The notes under the pieces: model-generated
Databases searched by the model: none
The model's input: only the letters and a program-made list of their open reading frames with translations
Told to the model about the DNA's origin: nothing
From: Octopus vulgaris
Taxonomy: Eukaryota
Assembly: GCA_951406725.2 (NCBI GenBank)
Contig: OX597830.1
Span: 45,136,001-45,200,000 of the forward strand
Direction: 5' to 3'
DNA length: 64,000 bases
Position numbers and translations under genes: made by a program
Shown here: positions 1 through 13,622 of the stretch, piece by piece
Position numbering within the stretch: the first letter of the stretch is position 1
How the letters are laid out: the number at the start of each line of letters is the position of its first letter

Positions 1-146
1 TGAGAGCAATAGTCAAAGTGGCTTAGGACAAGTGTCTTCCAGAGGACCATCATGGTTTCCTGGTCTCTTGTTCTAAAGGTTCTATGTATATATATGTATA
101 TGTATATATATGCATATGTATATATGTGTATATGCATACATATGTA

Positions 147-1197
147 TAAATCCTTAAATCCTTTAAAATGTTTTAGCCCGAAGGCCACGGCCATGCTGGG
201 GCACCACCGTTGAATGAGCTACACTAATATGTGAATCCACCTCTGATACGTGGCACTTGATCAACAAGGGAGTTTGATGCCGCTGTCCGCATCTGTGTCT
301 CCTGTCGTGAGGTAGGTTCATCTGGGACCCCCGACAAGAAGAGATCCAGTTTAGTTTTAAAGAAACCCACATCCACACCATGCAAGTCTCTCAGGCATTT
401 AGGGAGGATGTTAAAGAGCTGTGGTCCTCTGAAACCCAAACTGTTGCCGTATCTGGTCCTGTATTTTGATGGTGATGTTGGAATCTTTGGCACAATGCAG
501 TGGCGCCCCGTTCTGCCGTTGGGGTAACTTTGAATGCCAAAGTTTGGGACGAGACCTTCCAAGATTTTCCAGATGTATATCACCGCATATCTCTCCCGCC
601 TTCGCTCTAGGGAGAAGAGGTTTAATACTTTCAGTCTTTCCCAGTAGCTGATATGTTGCATTGAGAGGATCTTCTTTGTGTAGCTTCTTTGAATTGCTTC
701 GAGTTCTGCTGTTAGTTTTATATTGTGTGGTGACCATAGTTGGGAGCAGTTGTCCAAGCAGCTGAGGACGAAAGTTTTCCACAGGACCATCAGTTTCTCT
801 TTCTCTCTTGTTCTGAAAGTTCGGAGAATCCATCCAGCTAGCCGTCTGCTTTTTATCACCAGATTAGTAATATGCACTTGGAAAGATGCATCATTGCTCA
901 TGTCAATGCCCAGGTCACGCACTGATTTTGACTCAGGGATTGCAATTCTTCCTGGGTCAGTGTATCCAGTCTGCATGTCGTTTACCTTTGTGTGCCGGTA
1001 GCCCAGGGCCTGGAACTTACCTGCGTTAAACTGCATGTTGTTGTCCTCAGCCCACCTGTATATTGTATCCAGCCCCTGTTGCAGATGTGCAAAATTTCCA
1101 GGGTTTTGTATTGTGTGGGAGACATTTGTGCCATTTGCATAGCTAGCAAGGGTGGCCATTTTAGCAACTGAGGGCATATCTGAAAGGGTCACTATGA
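147..1197 (-). mobile_element. CR1-like LINE, 5'-truncated 3' fragment (RT C-terminal part and 3' tail)
   Basis: ORF 224..1534 after the microsatellite part: degenerate YADD (YANG), W...N.MQFN..K, VRDLG, LERRRER; 3' tail GGTGCCCCAGCATGGCC followed by short AAGGATTT repeats. Confidence 0.85.
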
Positions 1198-1236
1198 ATA
1201 TGTATATATATGTATATATATATGTATATATATATG

Positions 1237-1320
<84 letters not shown>

Positions 1321-1389
1321 GTATGAATATATATATATATAAATATATATATGTATACATATGTATATATATATGTATACATATATACG

Positions 1390-1440
<51 letters not shown>

Positions 1441-1744
1441 GTTTGATTATATCTATATATGTGTGTCCCTGTGTCTGGAAACAACCCATTAACTGCCTTA
1501 TATCTGAAAGCAGTATTTCACATTTTAGCCTCACATAACCTTTTGACTGATTTCCAGAATGTATGTTTTATGTTTTTTATGATACGAAGATTATTATTGG
1601 AGAAAAGCCAGGATGTAAATTGCATGGAAGAAGTGCTAGATAATATTAAAGTGCAAGAAACCTATATATATATTATTGATTGAAGAATAATGCAAGAGAA
1701 AGCTGCATTCACGATATAATAGAAGTTTTTTAAAACTTCTTTTC

Positions 1745-2140
1745 TTTTTTGATGTAAATATATCGAAATATGCTTTTGATTGCATTCCTCTGCTGTTAAC
1801 CGTTTATTTACCCACATTAACCGATTATGTAATAAATATTTATGCCATCTGGATTGACCAGGTTGTCTGTAAAGAGCCGGCTCCACTGGCCACAACATTC
1901 GTTCCATTCCTTTCGTGCTCACGCCATTCTTCTCCACGTTATTCCAAACATTTTTTTTAATCATCTTCCCACCTGATTGGAGCTTTTCCGAGTAGTTTCT
2001 TTCGTTCGCGCAGGTGCCAATCGACAACTGCACGGGTCCACCGATTGTCTGTGAACCCTGCGACATGACTGGCCCATCGTAGCTTTGTGTGACGACGTCC
2101 TTCACTCCAGATATGTACATTATGTACATTCTTATAATTC
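1745..2140 (-). mobile_element. RTE-like LINE 3' fragment
   Basis: KLRWASHVAGFTDNRWTRAVVDW...PIRWED resembles the RTE C-terminal WAGHV..M.D.RW motif. Confidence 0.6.
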
Positions 2141-4077
2141 ACAGAATCTATTATAAACCATGCTTTTTCTCTTATTTCATTCTCATTTTAATCCTGTGTG
2201 ACCCCTGTTTGAAGGATATGTTAAGTTACATAAGGTCAATGATGTAGAAGTAGCAAGTAAATCTCACTCAATTCAAATTCTCTGTTTTATAAAAAAAAAG
2301 GGGCGGTTATATTGAACAATGTAGCATTAGAGGTACCATATGAGGGGGAATGGTGGAATTGCCATTTTTGGAAAGCTTCTAATTTTAGAGCAGCAGCTTC
2401 ACCAGAGCTGACTTGGAGCTAAACTATAAAAGTAGTAGGAGTTTTTTTTTTAAATCATCTATGAGGCCTGTTTCTTTAAGCATCAGACCAAATTGAAATA
2501 TGTCGCATTTTTTATTATCGTAAATCGTAGAGAAAATGTGTGTCTTTGAACTGATATAAAAATGAATATAATAAAAAAAACCATGAACTATGAAAATTAA
2601 TTTAGAATTTAAAAAATTAGCAGAAATACTTGACAGAAAAGGAGAGGAGATTTATAAGAGGAAAATATTTAAAAGGATGAGGCAGTAGAGGTGCTGAGTA
2701 GCAAAGAGATTTGTAAATTTATCATTACTAAAATCCTATAAGTATCAGGTTGTGACTGTGAGAACAAACGGGCAAAAGCTAGAAATCTATCGATTGTGAA
2801 CTCATTGACAGAACAACTGAATGCAAATGTTAAAGAAAACTTGATGGAACCAATAGAAACATTTTGTCGTCATAATCTTGGAGCACACTTGCTTGAAGAA
2901 GTTCAAAATATATTTTTCTCAGGATACGAAGACTTACATGTCTGGTACACTACGCTTTTTCTCACTAGGACGTTATTTGTTTCGATTTATGGATACTTGG
3001 ATGACCTTTGATTTCACCTTGAAAGGAACAGGAAACTCAGTCAATGTAAATTGATCTACTAACTATAGTGAAAATGAAAAGAAGGCCAGCTAGACTGGTG
3101 CTACAGGGTAGAAATCTCTCTGCTTGTATGGGGACTTCAACCATATCAGGGCCTATCAATGTGGTTTTTGTTTTGTGCATTTAATTTAACCTGCCTAAAT
3201 ATTTACCATTGCGTGTTTGCCCGCATCTCCTATGTACACACACACGCACGCATACACATACATGCACTCAGATATATGCTTTGTAATGGCTTTTGTTTGA
3301 GATGTTTTGTATTGTAAGTCGGGCCTCTGTCGCAACTAAAGAAAGGATTGTTATGATCATTTTTGTTTGTGTTGTATTGGCCGACTCGTTAGCGCGTCGG
3401 ACAAATTGCCATGCAGTATTTGTTACTGCTCTATATATTCTGAGTTCAAATCTCATCAAGGCTAATTTTGCTTTCATTCCACCGGGGACAATTAAATAAA
3501 GTACCAGTCACATACTAGGTCGATATGTTCGACTACCCACGTCCCACTTAAAATTGCTGGCCTTCAACCAGAATTTCAAACAATTATTGTTTTATTACGG
3601 TCTGCTGTTCTGCAGTTTTTGTGAAATTTAGTGTGTATTCTAAACCGGAAGAGTTTCATTCATTTGCTAAAGTCTGGTAAGAAAAGTATTAACATCACTG
3701 CATCTCATTCCTTCTTAACAGAGTAGTTTTGTTATAATTACTGACTTTTCGTTGAATTCACTCTGAAATGGTTTCAGTTCAGACACAGATGTCAATATTT
3801 TAATTTGTTCTTACATATTATTTTAAATGGCCTTTTTTCAGTGTTCCCGCCCTTATAAACTCAGCTGTTCATTCCTCCTTTCTATATTTTATTACATGTA
3901 CCATCTTTTATTACGTTAATGATTCCATTTATCTGTTGGAAGAACTGTTTATTACTTGTAGCTCTCTTTTATGGGCGTCTGCTTTCTAGTTGAATTAATA
4001 CCAAAACTGTAATATTGAATCAAACAGTAGGTTACATCAAAGAACAAATTACTTTACATTGAACAAAGTACTAAGTG

Positions 4078-4155
<78 letters not shown>

Positions 4156-4672
4156 GTGTGTGTGTGTTTGAATGTATGTATATATATATATATATGTCTG
4201 TGTGTGTATGTATAAATATATATGTATGTATGTGTGTATGTATATATATATATATATGTGTGTGTATGTATGTATATATATATGTGTGTTTGTATCTATA
4301 TATATATATATGTGTGTGTATGTATATATATATATGTATATATATATGTATATATATATATATATATGAGATAATGGTGTCATTAGATGTATATATATGT
4401 GTGTGTGTATGCAAATGTATATATATATATGTGTGTGTATGTAGATGTATATATATATATGTGTGTGTGTATGTAGATGTATATATATATATATGTGTGT
4501 GTATGTAGATGTATATATATATATGTGTGTTTATGTAGATGTATATATATATATGTGTGTATGTATATTTATATATATGTGTGTGTATGTATATTTATAT
4601 ATGTATGTATGTGTGTATGTATATGTATGTATGTGTATATGTATATGTATATCTATGTATGTGTATATGTAG

Positions 4673-4704
<32 letters not shown>

Positions 4705-4960
4705 GTATGTATGTATATATATATTTATGTATGTGTGTCACTGTCCTTTTTTCTCGCCCCTCCTTAATTCTTCTATCCCTCTGTTTCTACTTCTCTCAGT
4801 CTTCTCTTCCCACGTGACCGCCGGTCAACCTAGCCTGTTCTTTCTTTCTTAGTCTGATCGCCGTCCGTGCAACATCCGGATGTTTTGCGTTCTTGTCCCA
4901 TTTTGTATTTTATACACACACACACACACACATATATATATAGCGGTATATGTATATATC

Positions 4961-5011
<51 letters not shown>

Positions 5012-5124
5012 ATATATCTATGTATATGTATGTATATATATCTATGTATATGTATATATATATATATATGTATGTATATATATCTATGTATATATATGTA
5101 TATATATATCTATGTATATATATG

Positions 5125-5155
<31 letters not shown>

Positions 5156-5745
5156 GTATGTATATATATGTATATATATATGTATGTATATATATGTATA
5201 TATATATGTATGTATATATATATATGTATGTATATATATATATACATATATATATATGCACATACATATATATATATATATGCATATATACACAGACGTA
5301 CGTACATACATATGTTTGTATATAGGTATGCATATATGAGTACAGGATGTCACAAAACGTAAACAATATGAACTACGAAAATAACGTTGGGTACGCAGAG
5401 AACAAGAGAAACCAATGGAAAACAGGACAAGTAATATAAAAAAACGACCCTTCATCAGTCGCCGGCTATCCTCCTACTCCTTATTTCGAGCAATGAACGA
5501 CAAGATAAGACTTTGAGGGCAGTTGCTCCCGCGAACCAAAATAAAATTTGGGATTTGCGGAGGGTCAAAATTGATAACAAAAACAGGACATACAACAAAC
5601 CAAACCAAACGAATACATACAGGGAGGCCTCAGAAGAGGTAAGGTAGCGAACGCTGGAAGAAGATTCTTTGATAAGAGAAAGAATAGGAGATGAGATAGA
5701 TAGGAATGCGTCTGAACTGCGCAAAAGCTTCGTGCAGCACGAAGC

Positions 5746-5796
5746 TTTGTCAGTGAAGAGGTCACGGTCTCAAAGCGACGAAAATATTTTGACAAA
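5746..5796 (+). ncRNA. Minimal type-I hammerhead-like motif with variant core (GTGAAGA) in a short repeat inserted among TA microsatellites
   Basis: TTTGTCA-GTGAAGA-g-GTCac..gcGAC-GAAA-ATAT-TT-TGACAAA: 7-bp stem I, stem II, palindromic stem III (AATATT). Confidence 0.5.
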
Positions 5797-5876
5797 TAAA
5801 ATTTAAATGTTGAAGTGAATCTAACGGTTTTGTGTGTTTCTTAAATGGCTTATAAACACTTTCCACGCTGCAATTG

Positions 5877-5958
<82 letters not shown>

Positions 5959-6214
5959 ATATTTATGTGTGGATTTGTATATATGTACGTGCGTATATGC
6001 ATCCTTCACACAGGTATGTACGTTTGTATGGGTATGTGTGTATATATATGTATGCATGTGTATGTATGTATATATATATAAAGTTAATCCAAACAAGAAA
6101 GCACAAAAAACACAACAACGCGAGGACGTAGAACAAATATAGTATTATTGGACGCTCAGGAGATATAAAGATATAAATGATTTAATAACATCTTGAGCAT
6201 TTGTCTCATTTTCC

Positions 6215-6245
<31 letters not shown>

Positions 6246-6319
6246 TTGTTTGTATGTATTTATATGTATATATGAAAACATCCAATCTTTCACTATATTG
6301 AGTTGACATTTTCCATTCA

Positions 6320-6367
<48 letters not shown>

Positions 6368-6693
6368 TAACTATTTAACTGTCCCTTTTCCGCATGTTAG
6401 AAGTCTGTATGGCGGTCTCCTCTCCGTGTATAAATTTATATATATATATATATACGGTGGTACGTTGGTGTAAATGGCTAGCGTATTGTCGCGGAATCAA
6501 AGAGATGTGGGTTTGAATCGTGCTGGATAACCCACTTTTTTCTGTCGAGGGCTTATATGTCCCATTATTAGACCATATTCTTTAATCATTGCACGGTGAT
6601 CGCTTACAAACTGTAAGCTTATAAAATACGATTATTATTATTATTTACAGAATTGCTAAAATCGACGCTGCACAACAGAAGCCATCGCATACG

Positions 6694-6828
<135 letters not shown>

Positions 6829-8203
6829 AATACATGATGTTCAATATACAAGTAAACCATGTTTTCCCAAGACCAGCTTCTCAGCAATCAATATAATTTT
6901 CTGATAATTTTTACAAAATTTGCTTCTATGTTTACACGAGTTTATTGTGTAATCACTGAAGCCATTGGTCTATTTTGGCCACTTAAACCTCGGTTAGCCT
7001 GATCGAGCAAACTGAAAATTAAAGGTGTTCCAACTATTGCCCTCTTTTCGTTTTAATTGGATGTAGGGCTACATTCTTCAATGTGTCCTTTCGTTACTTA
7101 CGACGGTGGAATATATTTGAGGGAATGCCGTGACTCTTTCTAGTATGTCTAGCTATTGCGTGGGCTTCGTTATGTGGTGTGCAGTTAACATTAGCCATTG
7201 CAATCATATACAATCATACTTCAAACGATTAATTAGTTCTTTGATCTAAATCCAGTGTCCTCCCCCTCACTCTTCCACTCCCAAGTTGAATAGTCAGAAC
7301 CATTCCCGTTTCTTGATATTTTATATTTACAAATACTTTTCTTCTATTTTTACTATCTTATATTTTAGCGCCACAGACAAATTTTCTGAGTTACTGGCAC
7401 AAAAAACACTATATATAGCATTTCTATATCTATTAAGTTGGATGGATGAAATGGTATTGATTAACATGTTTGTAAGACGTGTGTGTGTGTATGTGTGTAG
7501 TGAAGAAAAATGGTATTAAAGAATCCAAGCGTATACTTTATAAGCGCTCGGTTAACTAAACTGTCCAGTGAATGCAACAGTAATCCACGTAGATTATAAA
7601 TTCCCTTTCTACCAATTTGTAAATCCGAAGTTCAGACAATGAATTCAATTTAAATTCAGTGTATAATAGAAATCATTATTTTTTGTTTGTTCGTTGTCTA
7701 TAATTTGCATGTTAATCATTTAAATGCTTCCCCTGAGGGAGATAGTTTTTAACTAAGATATCAAGTTCTATCGTGCGAATGTAAATAACAAAAACAATGT
7801 CACATTTTAAACTTGAGAAAAGTTTTGCATATATTTGCTGTTCCACTTATGGATTCTATTTATAATGTGCGAGTTAGTTGATTGGTTACTTTTTTGGAAA
7901 GCCCTAGCTTATGTATGTATGTATCTATTATGCGTGTATGATTGTGTGATGTATGTACGTATGTATGCACATATGCATGTATGTATATATAAATATATGT
8001 ACTGCGTATATATGTATGCATTATGTGCCTATATGTATGTATGTGTGTGTGTATATATTCATACAGACACATACATACATACATTTGTGAAGAGGTAGAT
8101 TGATACCTGAAATATTTCTATTATAAGATTATTTTCACTATTTTCTTCTCAAATTCTACACTTTCAGCTCATTTTACTTTCGTTAGATTTAGCAATAGTG
8201 TCA

Positions 8204-8261
<58 letters not shown>

Positions 8262-8264
<3 letters not shown>

Positions 8265-9565
8265 GTACGAAAAACTACACGTGCAAAACAATGTGACAAC
8301 AGAAATGAACGGACCGGTACCCTACGAAAATGACGACCGTCTAAATAACGGGCCGGACGTTGTTCTTCATGTCCCGCAAATGATACCAAAAAGGCATAAA
8401 TGGACACGTGAGGAATACATTTCAATCCTACACGCTTACTTTACAGCAGTGCTCTACCCAAAGAACGAAAACACAACAACATTTACATATGAAATATGGA
8501 AGAAAAATAACATAAATAAAGACCTGGATACAACAATGAACCCTAATAAACTAGCTAACGTACGAAGATATATTCTCAACGCAAAAAAATTATCAGAAAT
8601 AGAAATAGAACATTTAAAAAAAAATACATCAGTAAAATGTAGATAGAAGCCACACAACAATGCCAAATAATACAAACACTGAAGCAGTAAAAACTCAGCA
8701 TCTGAGCAACTTTGGACCCCCATATCAACTGAAGAGGTCACCCAGGCACTGCAAAGACTAAGCAACTGGAAGGCACCTGGGCATGACAAGATCCCCAACT
8801 TCTGGTTGAAATATCTAACAGGAATGCGCAAAAAGCTGGCTGAAAACTTTAACAACATACTGGCAGAACCAGAGACAATGCCTGAATGGCTCACGAAGGG
8901 GAAAAACCATCTTAATTCCCAAATCCAATGAGACAGCAAAACCAGAAAACTACAGACCTATAACCTGTCTCCCTACAATGTACAAAGCATTTACTGCTGT
9001 AATATCACAAAGATTGAACAAGCACCTGGACGAAAACAACATGTTTCCAGAAGAGCAGAAAGGATGCCGCAAAGACTCATATGACTGTAAAGATCAACTA
9101 ATGATCAATAAAGCCATAACTGAAGACAGCCACAGAAAGAAGAAAGGCCACAGTATGGCCTGGATCGACTACAAAAAGGCGTTTGATAGCATCCCCCCAC
9201 ACATGGATTCTCGAAACACTAGCCATTAACAAAGTTGCACCAACAATTATAAAATACATAGGACACTCTATGAATAAATGGCAGACAGTGCTACAGCTCC
9301 AAACAAATGAGGTACTTGTGAAAACCAAAGCCATCCCCATTAGAAGAGGAATATTCCAGGGAGACACGCTCTCTCCGCTCCTTTTCTGCTTGGTACTGTC
9401 ACCTCTTTCGGATATGCTAAATAGAACTGGATGTGGATATAAATGTTACGGCAAAACGATCAGCCACCTTTTATATATGGATGACCTAAAACTATAGGCT
9501 ACAAATGACAAACAGCTGGAAACACTACTAAAGACAGTTCATGGATTTACCAAAGAAATAGATTG
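8262..9565 (+). mobile_element. R4/Dong-clade non-LTR retrotransposon fragment (N-terminus and RT), frameshifted and internally deleted
   Basis: NWKAPGHD.IPNFWLK, NYRPITCL, EQKGCR, AWIDYKKAFDS, RRGIFQGDTLSPLLF, HLLYMDDLKL; preceded by (TAA)n at 8204-8260. Confidence 0.85.
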
Positions 9566-9569
9566 AAAC

Positions 9570-10225
9570 TTGCTTTTCCTAGTCCATTATCAGATCTTAT
9601 CTTTGTCAACTATTTCAGGCATTTCCCGTAAGAATTGACCCTACGTTTTTTCTTTCCATTTATTCAAGATGTCATTTTGTCTGTCTTGTTTAAATTCTTC
9701 CCTCTCCTTTGCTTCATTACTGCTTAGGACTTTTTTTTTACCTTTCATATTCCTTCCATCAACCTCTCCTTCGAATTCTTTACATACTATTCCAGATTAT
9801 TTTCCTCGCTTTTCACACATAATTCACAGCTAATGAGGCCTCTTACTAATCTCTATCGTGATAGCTACTAGCTGTCCACGTCACTTCTTTAGGGTATAGA
9901 GCTCCTTGTAGTGTCATCCTTTTTCTGGTCTTTCTATCAAGTTCCTTTTCATCACTTCTCCACTCTACCACACCAGCACTAGACCTGGGAGCTGCAACGG
10001 CCCATCTGTTCATAGCTAGTATCTTATTCCAACCGCTCAAATTTTGTCTTTAACACCAACTTCAGTCTCCGTTTATATTCTTTTGATATCATTTCTTTCA
10101 TTTCCTTCTCTTTCATTTGCTCTGTTTCCAGGATGCCTAAGTACTTATACACGTTGCCGTCATTTTCCTCCATAACTTGCCTTTTCATCTTATCAATTCT
10201 ACCTTTCTTTAGTAGTAACCCCCTC
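9570..10225 (-). mobile_element. R4/Dong-like fragment (post-RT region)
   Basis: YKYLGI, GWNKI.AMN.WAV, LDRKTRK.MT..GAL.PK motifs in ORFs 10024..10233 and 9846..10040. Confidence 0.7.
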
Positions 10226-11739
10226 ACACACACACATTTTTTATGCCAAGGCTATTATTATTCTTTTTTCTTTGCACAGCTTCTAATTGAATATAATGTG
10301 AAGAAAATCAAGTCTAATGATTTTTGGTAAGAAGAGGAGAGAAGCGAATGTAGAAGTATAAAAGATGTCATGCTTACTAGGGACTTGTACAGGGGCCAAT
10401 ATTTTGAAAACATCAGGGTGGTAGTTTAGCTGGGTCAGCAAAACGTCGGGAAAAATATTTAGTCACGGCTCTTTACATCTGAGTTCAAATCCTACGGAAG
10501 TTGACTTAGCCATTCATTCTTTTGTGGTCGATAAAATAGACAGGATCACGTAATTAATCGATCGCATCTCTCCCACTACCCCCAGACAAAATTGTGGTCT
10601 TTTATCTGACTGAGAACGCATTATTAACGAAAAGTTTCATAAAAGAAGATACGAACTGAAAGGGAAATAGAGTTAATTATAATTTTTCACTTAAAACACT
10701 TGAGAATATAATACTGTTGACTTTTATAAAAATTGATTCATTATCGAACTGAATCGAGATGGAGTTGAAAGAAAGATTGATTTACAATTAATTCAGTTTG
10801 AATTAATAAAACAATTCATTTAAATTCCAGTAATTGGGTTTCATAAAGAAATTTTTCAACTAGACCTCTTGCAACTGATTTTAAAATGAAATTACTCACG
10901 CGTCAACTAACGAGACAAAACGAACTCTCAGTAATCTTTTTTCTTTTATATATATGTATGTGTATACGTATGTATGTATGCTTCTCTTATTTTTTAATTA
11001 TTATAAATATTCCAATGAGGAGGGAGCCGGTTTCCAACAAAGATACAAGGCTCCATCTTTGGGATTTAGTACATACGTATGTATGTATATGTATGTATGA
11101 GTGTATGTATGTGTATACGCATGTATGTACGTATGTATTTGTGTATGTGTACATATATATGTGTATACGCATGAACGTATGTATGTGTGTATGTATGCAT
11201 GTATGTATGTATGTATGTATGTATGTATGTATGTATGTATGTATGTATGTATGTGTGTGTGTATGTGCACGTATATATGTGTATACACATGAACGTATGT
11301 ATGTGTATACGCATGAACGTATTTATGTGTGTATGTATATGTGCATGTATGTATCTGTGTATTTTCTTTTCCTGACGGACGTTTTACTCTTTGTTCTTTT
11401 TTCCTGTTTTTCTTTTCGGTAGTTAAGTTGTGAATGAATGGCTCTCTTTAAAAATGTGTATTTGTTATTTTCTTCAAGTTTTGCGTAACAGTTTGACCAT
11501 TACATTTTCAGAAAGTCTTGCGTATTTTTATTTCCATAGATAACATAATAATCTGCAGCGTTTGACGTATGGAGCAATGTTCCTTCTCCAAGAATTCGCA
11601 TAGTTTTTATTGGTCTCCAGTGGTGTCGTCAATAACTAGTTATTTTCTTCCCTACACTCATTCAAAATGGTGTCTTATATAATGATAACATAAATAAATT
11701 GTTGCAATTAGTTTGAAACCGGTTTAAAATTATATACAA

Positions 11740-11781
<42 letters not shown>

Positions 11782-12709
11782 CAACAACACACATATTTAT
11801 ATTTTCTTATACATATCAGAAATTCTGAAGAACACAAGTTTTTATCATTTGATAAACTTGTGATTATCATAATTTCTACCACATTTGCTCAGAGTATATC
11901 ATAACTAATAATAAATATTAAAAAGATATAGTAGTTTATCACACAAACTACTAAGCTATATAAATACAACCACATTTGCTCAGTATATCATAACCAATAA
12001 TAAATACTGCTAAATATAGTAGTAACTTAAGCACTCTACTGGAAGCAGACTGAACGATGATAATCTATGTTGTGGAGCTATAAAATTAACCGTAGCAGTC
12101 ATACAACTGTGCGCACGCACACATACACGCACATATACACACACACACACATAGAACTGTGAGAGAGAGACACACAGAAAGAAACAGACAGATGCACTGA
12201 CAGACAGACAGATAGATAAATAAATAAATTAATAGGTACTTACATACATACATATATGCGTAGGTATATCAGAGTAGTTTAAATAGCTCTGACAACAGGC
12301 ATCTTTCATTGACGTCCCACCACCACAACCCGCCAAAATAAATAAATAATGAATACGGTTTTAACAATTGTTATTCAACCTCTTGTGATCTTAGTCGACT
12401 TTATGAAGACAACCAAAGCCAGCCAAAATTTGGCATTGCGGAAAAACGATGAAAACGTAAACAAACTGATGTTTTTATCGTCATCATTCAACTTTGATAT
12501 GATTCTATGTCAAAATGATACAACATAAATTATATAGAAATATTATATTTCTAAATATCTCAGAGAGATATAAGCAGTAATGGTACGATAGAGTAGTTGC
12601 ATCACTGCAAACATGTCTAACCCTTGTAATCAGTGGATTTATTTCACTAGAATTCTTATATGTTTACAAGGGTTAGACAAGCATCTCCAACTAACAGGAC
12701 ATGCTACTC

Positions 12710-12748
12710 CAGACTGATGACGAGCAAAGACTCAGAAACTAGTCTCTG
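12710..12748 (+). ncRNA. Minimal type-I hammerhead ribozyme candidate (canonical core)
   Basis: CAGA-CTGATGA-cGAGcaaagaCTCa-GAAA-CTAG-TC-TCTG: intact CUGAUGA/GAAA core, GUC triplet, 4-bp stem I, palindromic stem III (ACTAGT). Confidence 0.6.
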
Positions 12749-12916
12749 ATTGCAGGCTTAGCTGGGTGGGGGTGCTTATGTTCCCCTTGTAAACATAAGG
12801 ACACAGGAAATGTGTCAAGGCCGACAGGAAGCGTTGATGCTTCCTAGAGCTAAATAGCATTGATGTGATTCCCTTCATGGGACTGTCACATTAAGTTGAC
12901 AGTATACGACTACTCT

Positions 12917-13007
<91 letters not shown>

Positions 13008-13588
13008 ATATGTGTATGTGTATGTATATATATATATATGCGTATGTATATATATATGTGTGTATGTGTGTGTATATGTATATATGTATGTAGAGATGGA
13101 TAAGTGTATATATGTGCATACTTTAAGATTATACGTATATTTGTGAGAATGTGTAAGTGTCTATATGATTGTGTGTACTTGTATATATGTGTAAGGTTAT
13201 ATGTGCATATATGCATCCAAGACGTTGTCCATTCATTCACACACACACACATATATATTTATATATATGTGTGTGTGTGTGTCTATATAAATGTATATGT
13301 GTGTATATATACACCCTTCAACAAGGTAACAGTCATGTATACAACTTGAACTGACACATATCAGCACATAAACACATGTTCACATGTACATACACATGTA
13401 CACACACACAAACACGTCTACACACTCTCCTAAATACATACATACGTAAGTATATACATACATACATGCGTATAGGCATGCACACATGCATGCGTACATA
13501 CACATACACACATACATACGCACATACATACATACATACATACACACATACACACACACACACTCACATACATACATACATACACACA

Positions 13589-13622
<34 letters not shown>

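Noticed and set aside
224-1534. 436-aa ORF as a host gene
   Set aside because: Chimera of microsatellite-derived sequence and a truncated CR1-like RT with a dead catalytic motif.
3616-3676. AG...GTAAGA-bounded 61-nt candidate exon as the nAChR first exon
   Set aside because: No ATG or hydrophobic signal peptide, and its only open frame ends in the wrong phase; cannot be supported without RNA data.
5440-5495. Minus-strand CTGATGA/GAAA pair as a type-II hammerhead (similar case at ~53325-53370)
   Set aside because: Core words are present but stems I and III cannot be paired convincingly.
6456-6530. Possible tRNA gene
   Set aside because: A- and B-box-like motifs only; no clean cloverleaf or acceptor stem, so more likely a SINE head or pseudogene.
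11878-12005. ~90-bp-period direct repeat (also a ~43-bp duplication at ~25262-25342 and ~15-bp repeats at ~47143-47205)
   Set aside because: Ordinary local tandem duplications with no further structure.
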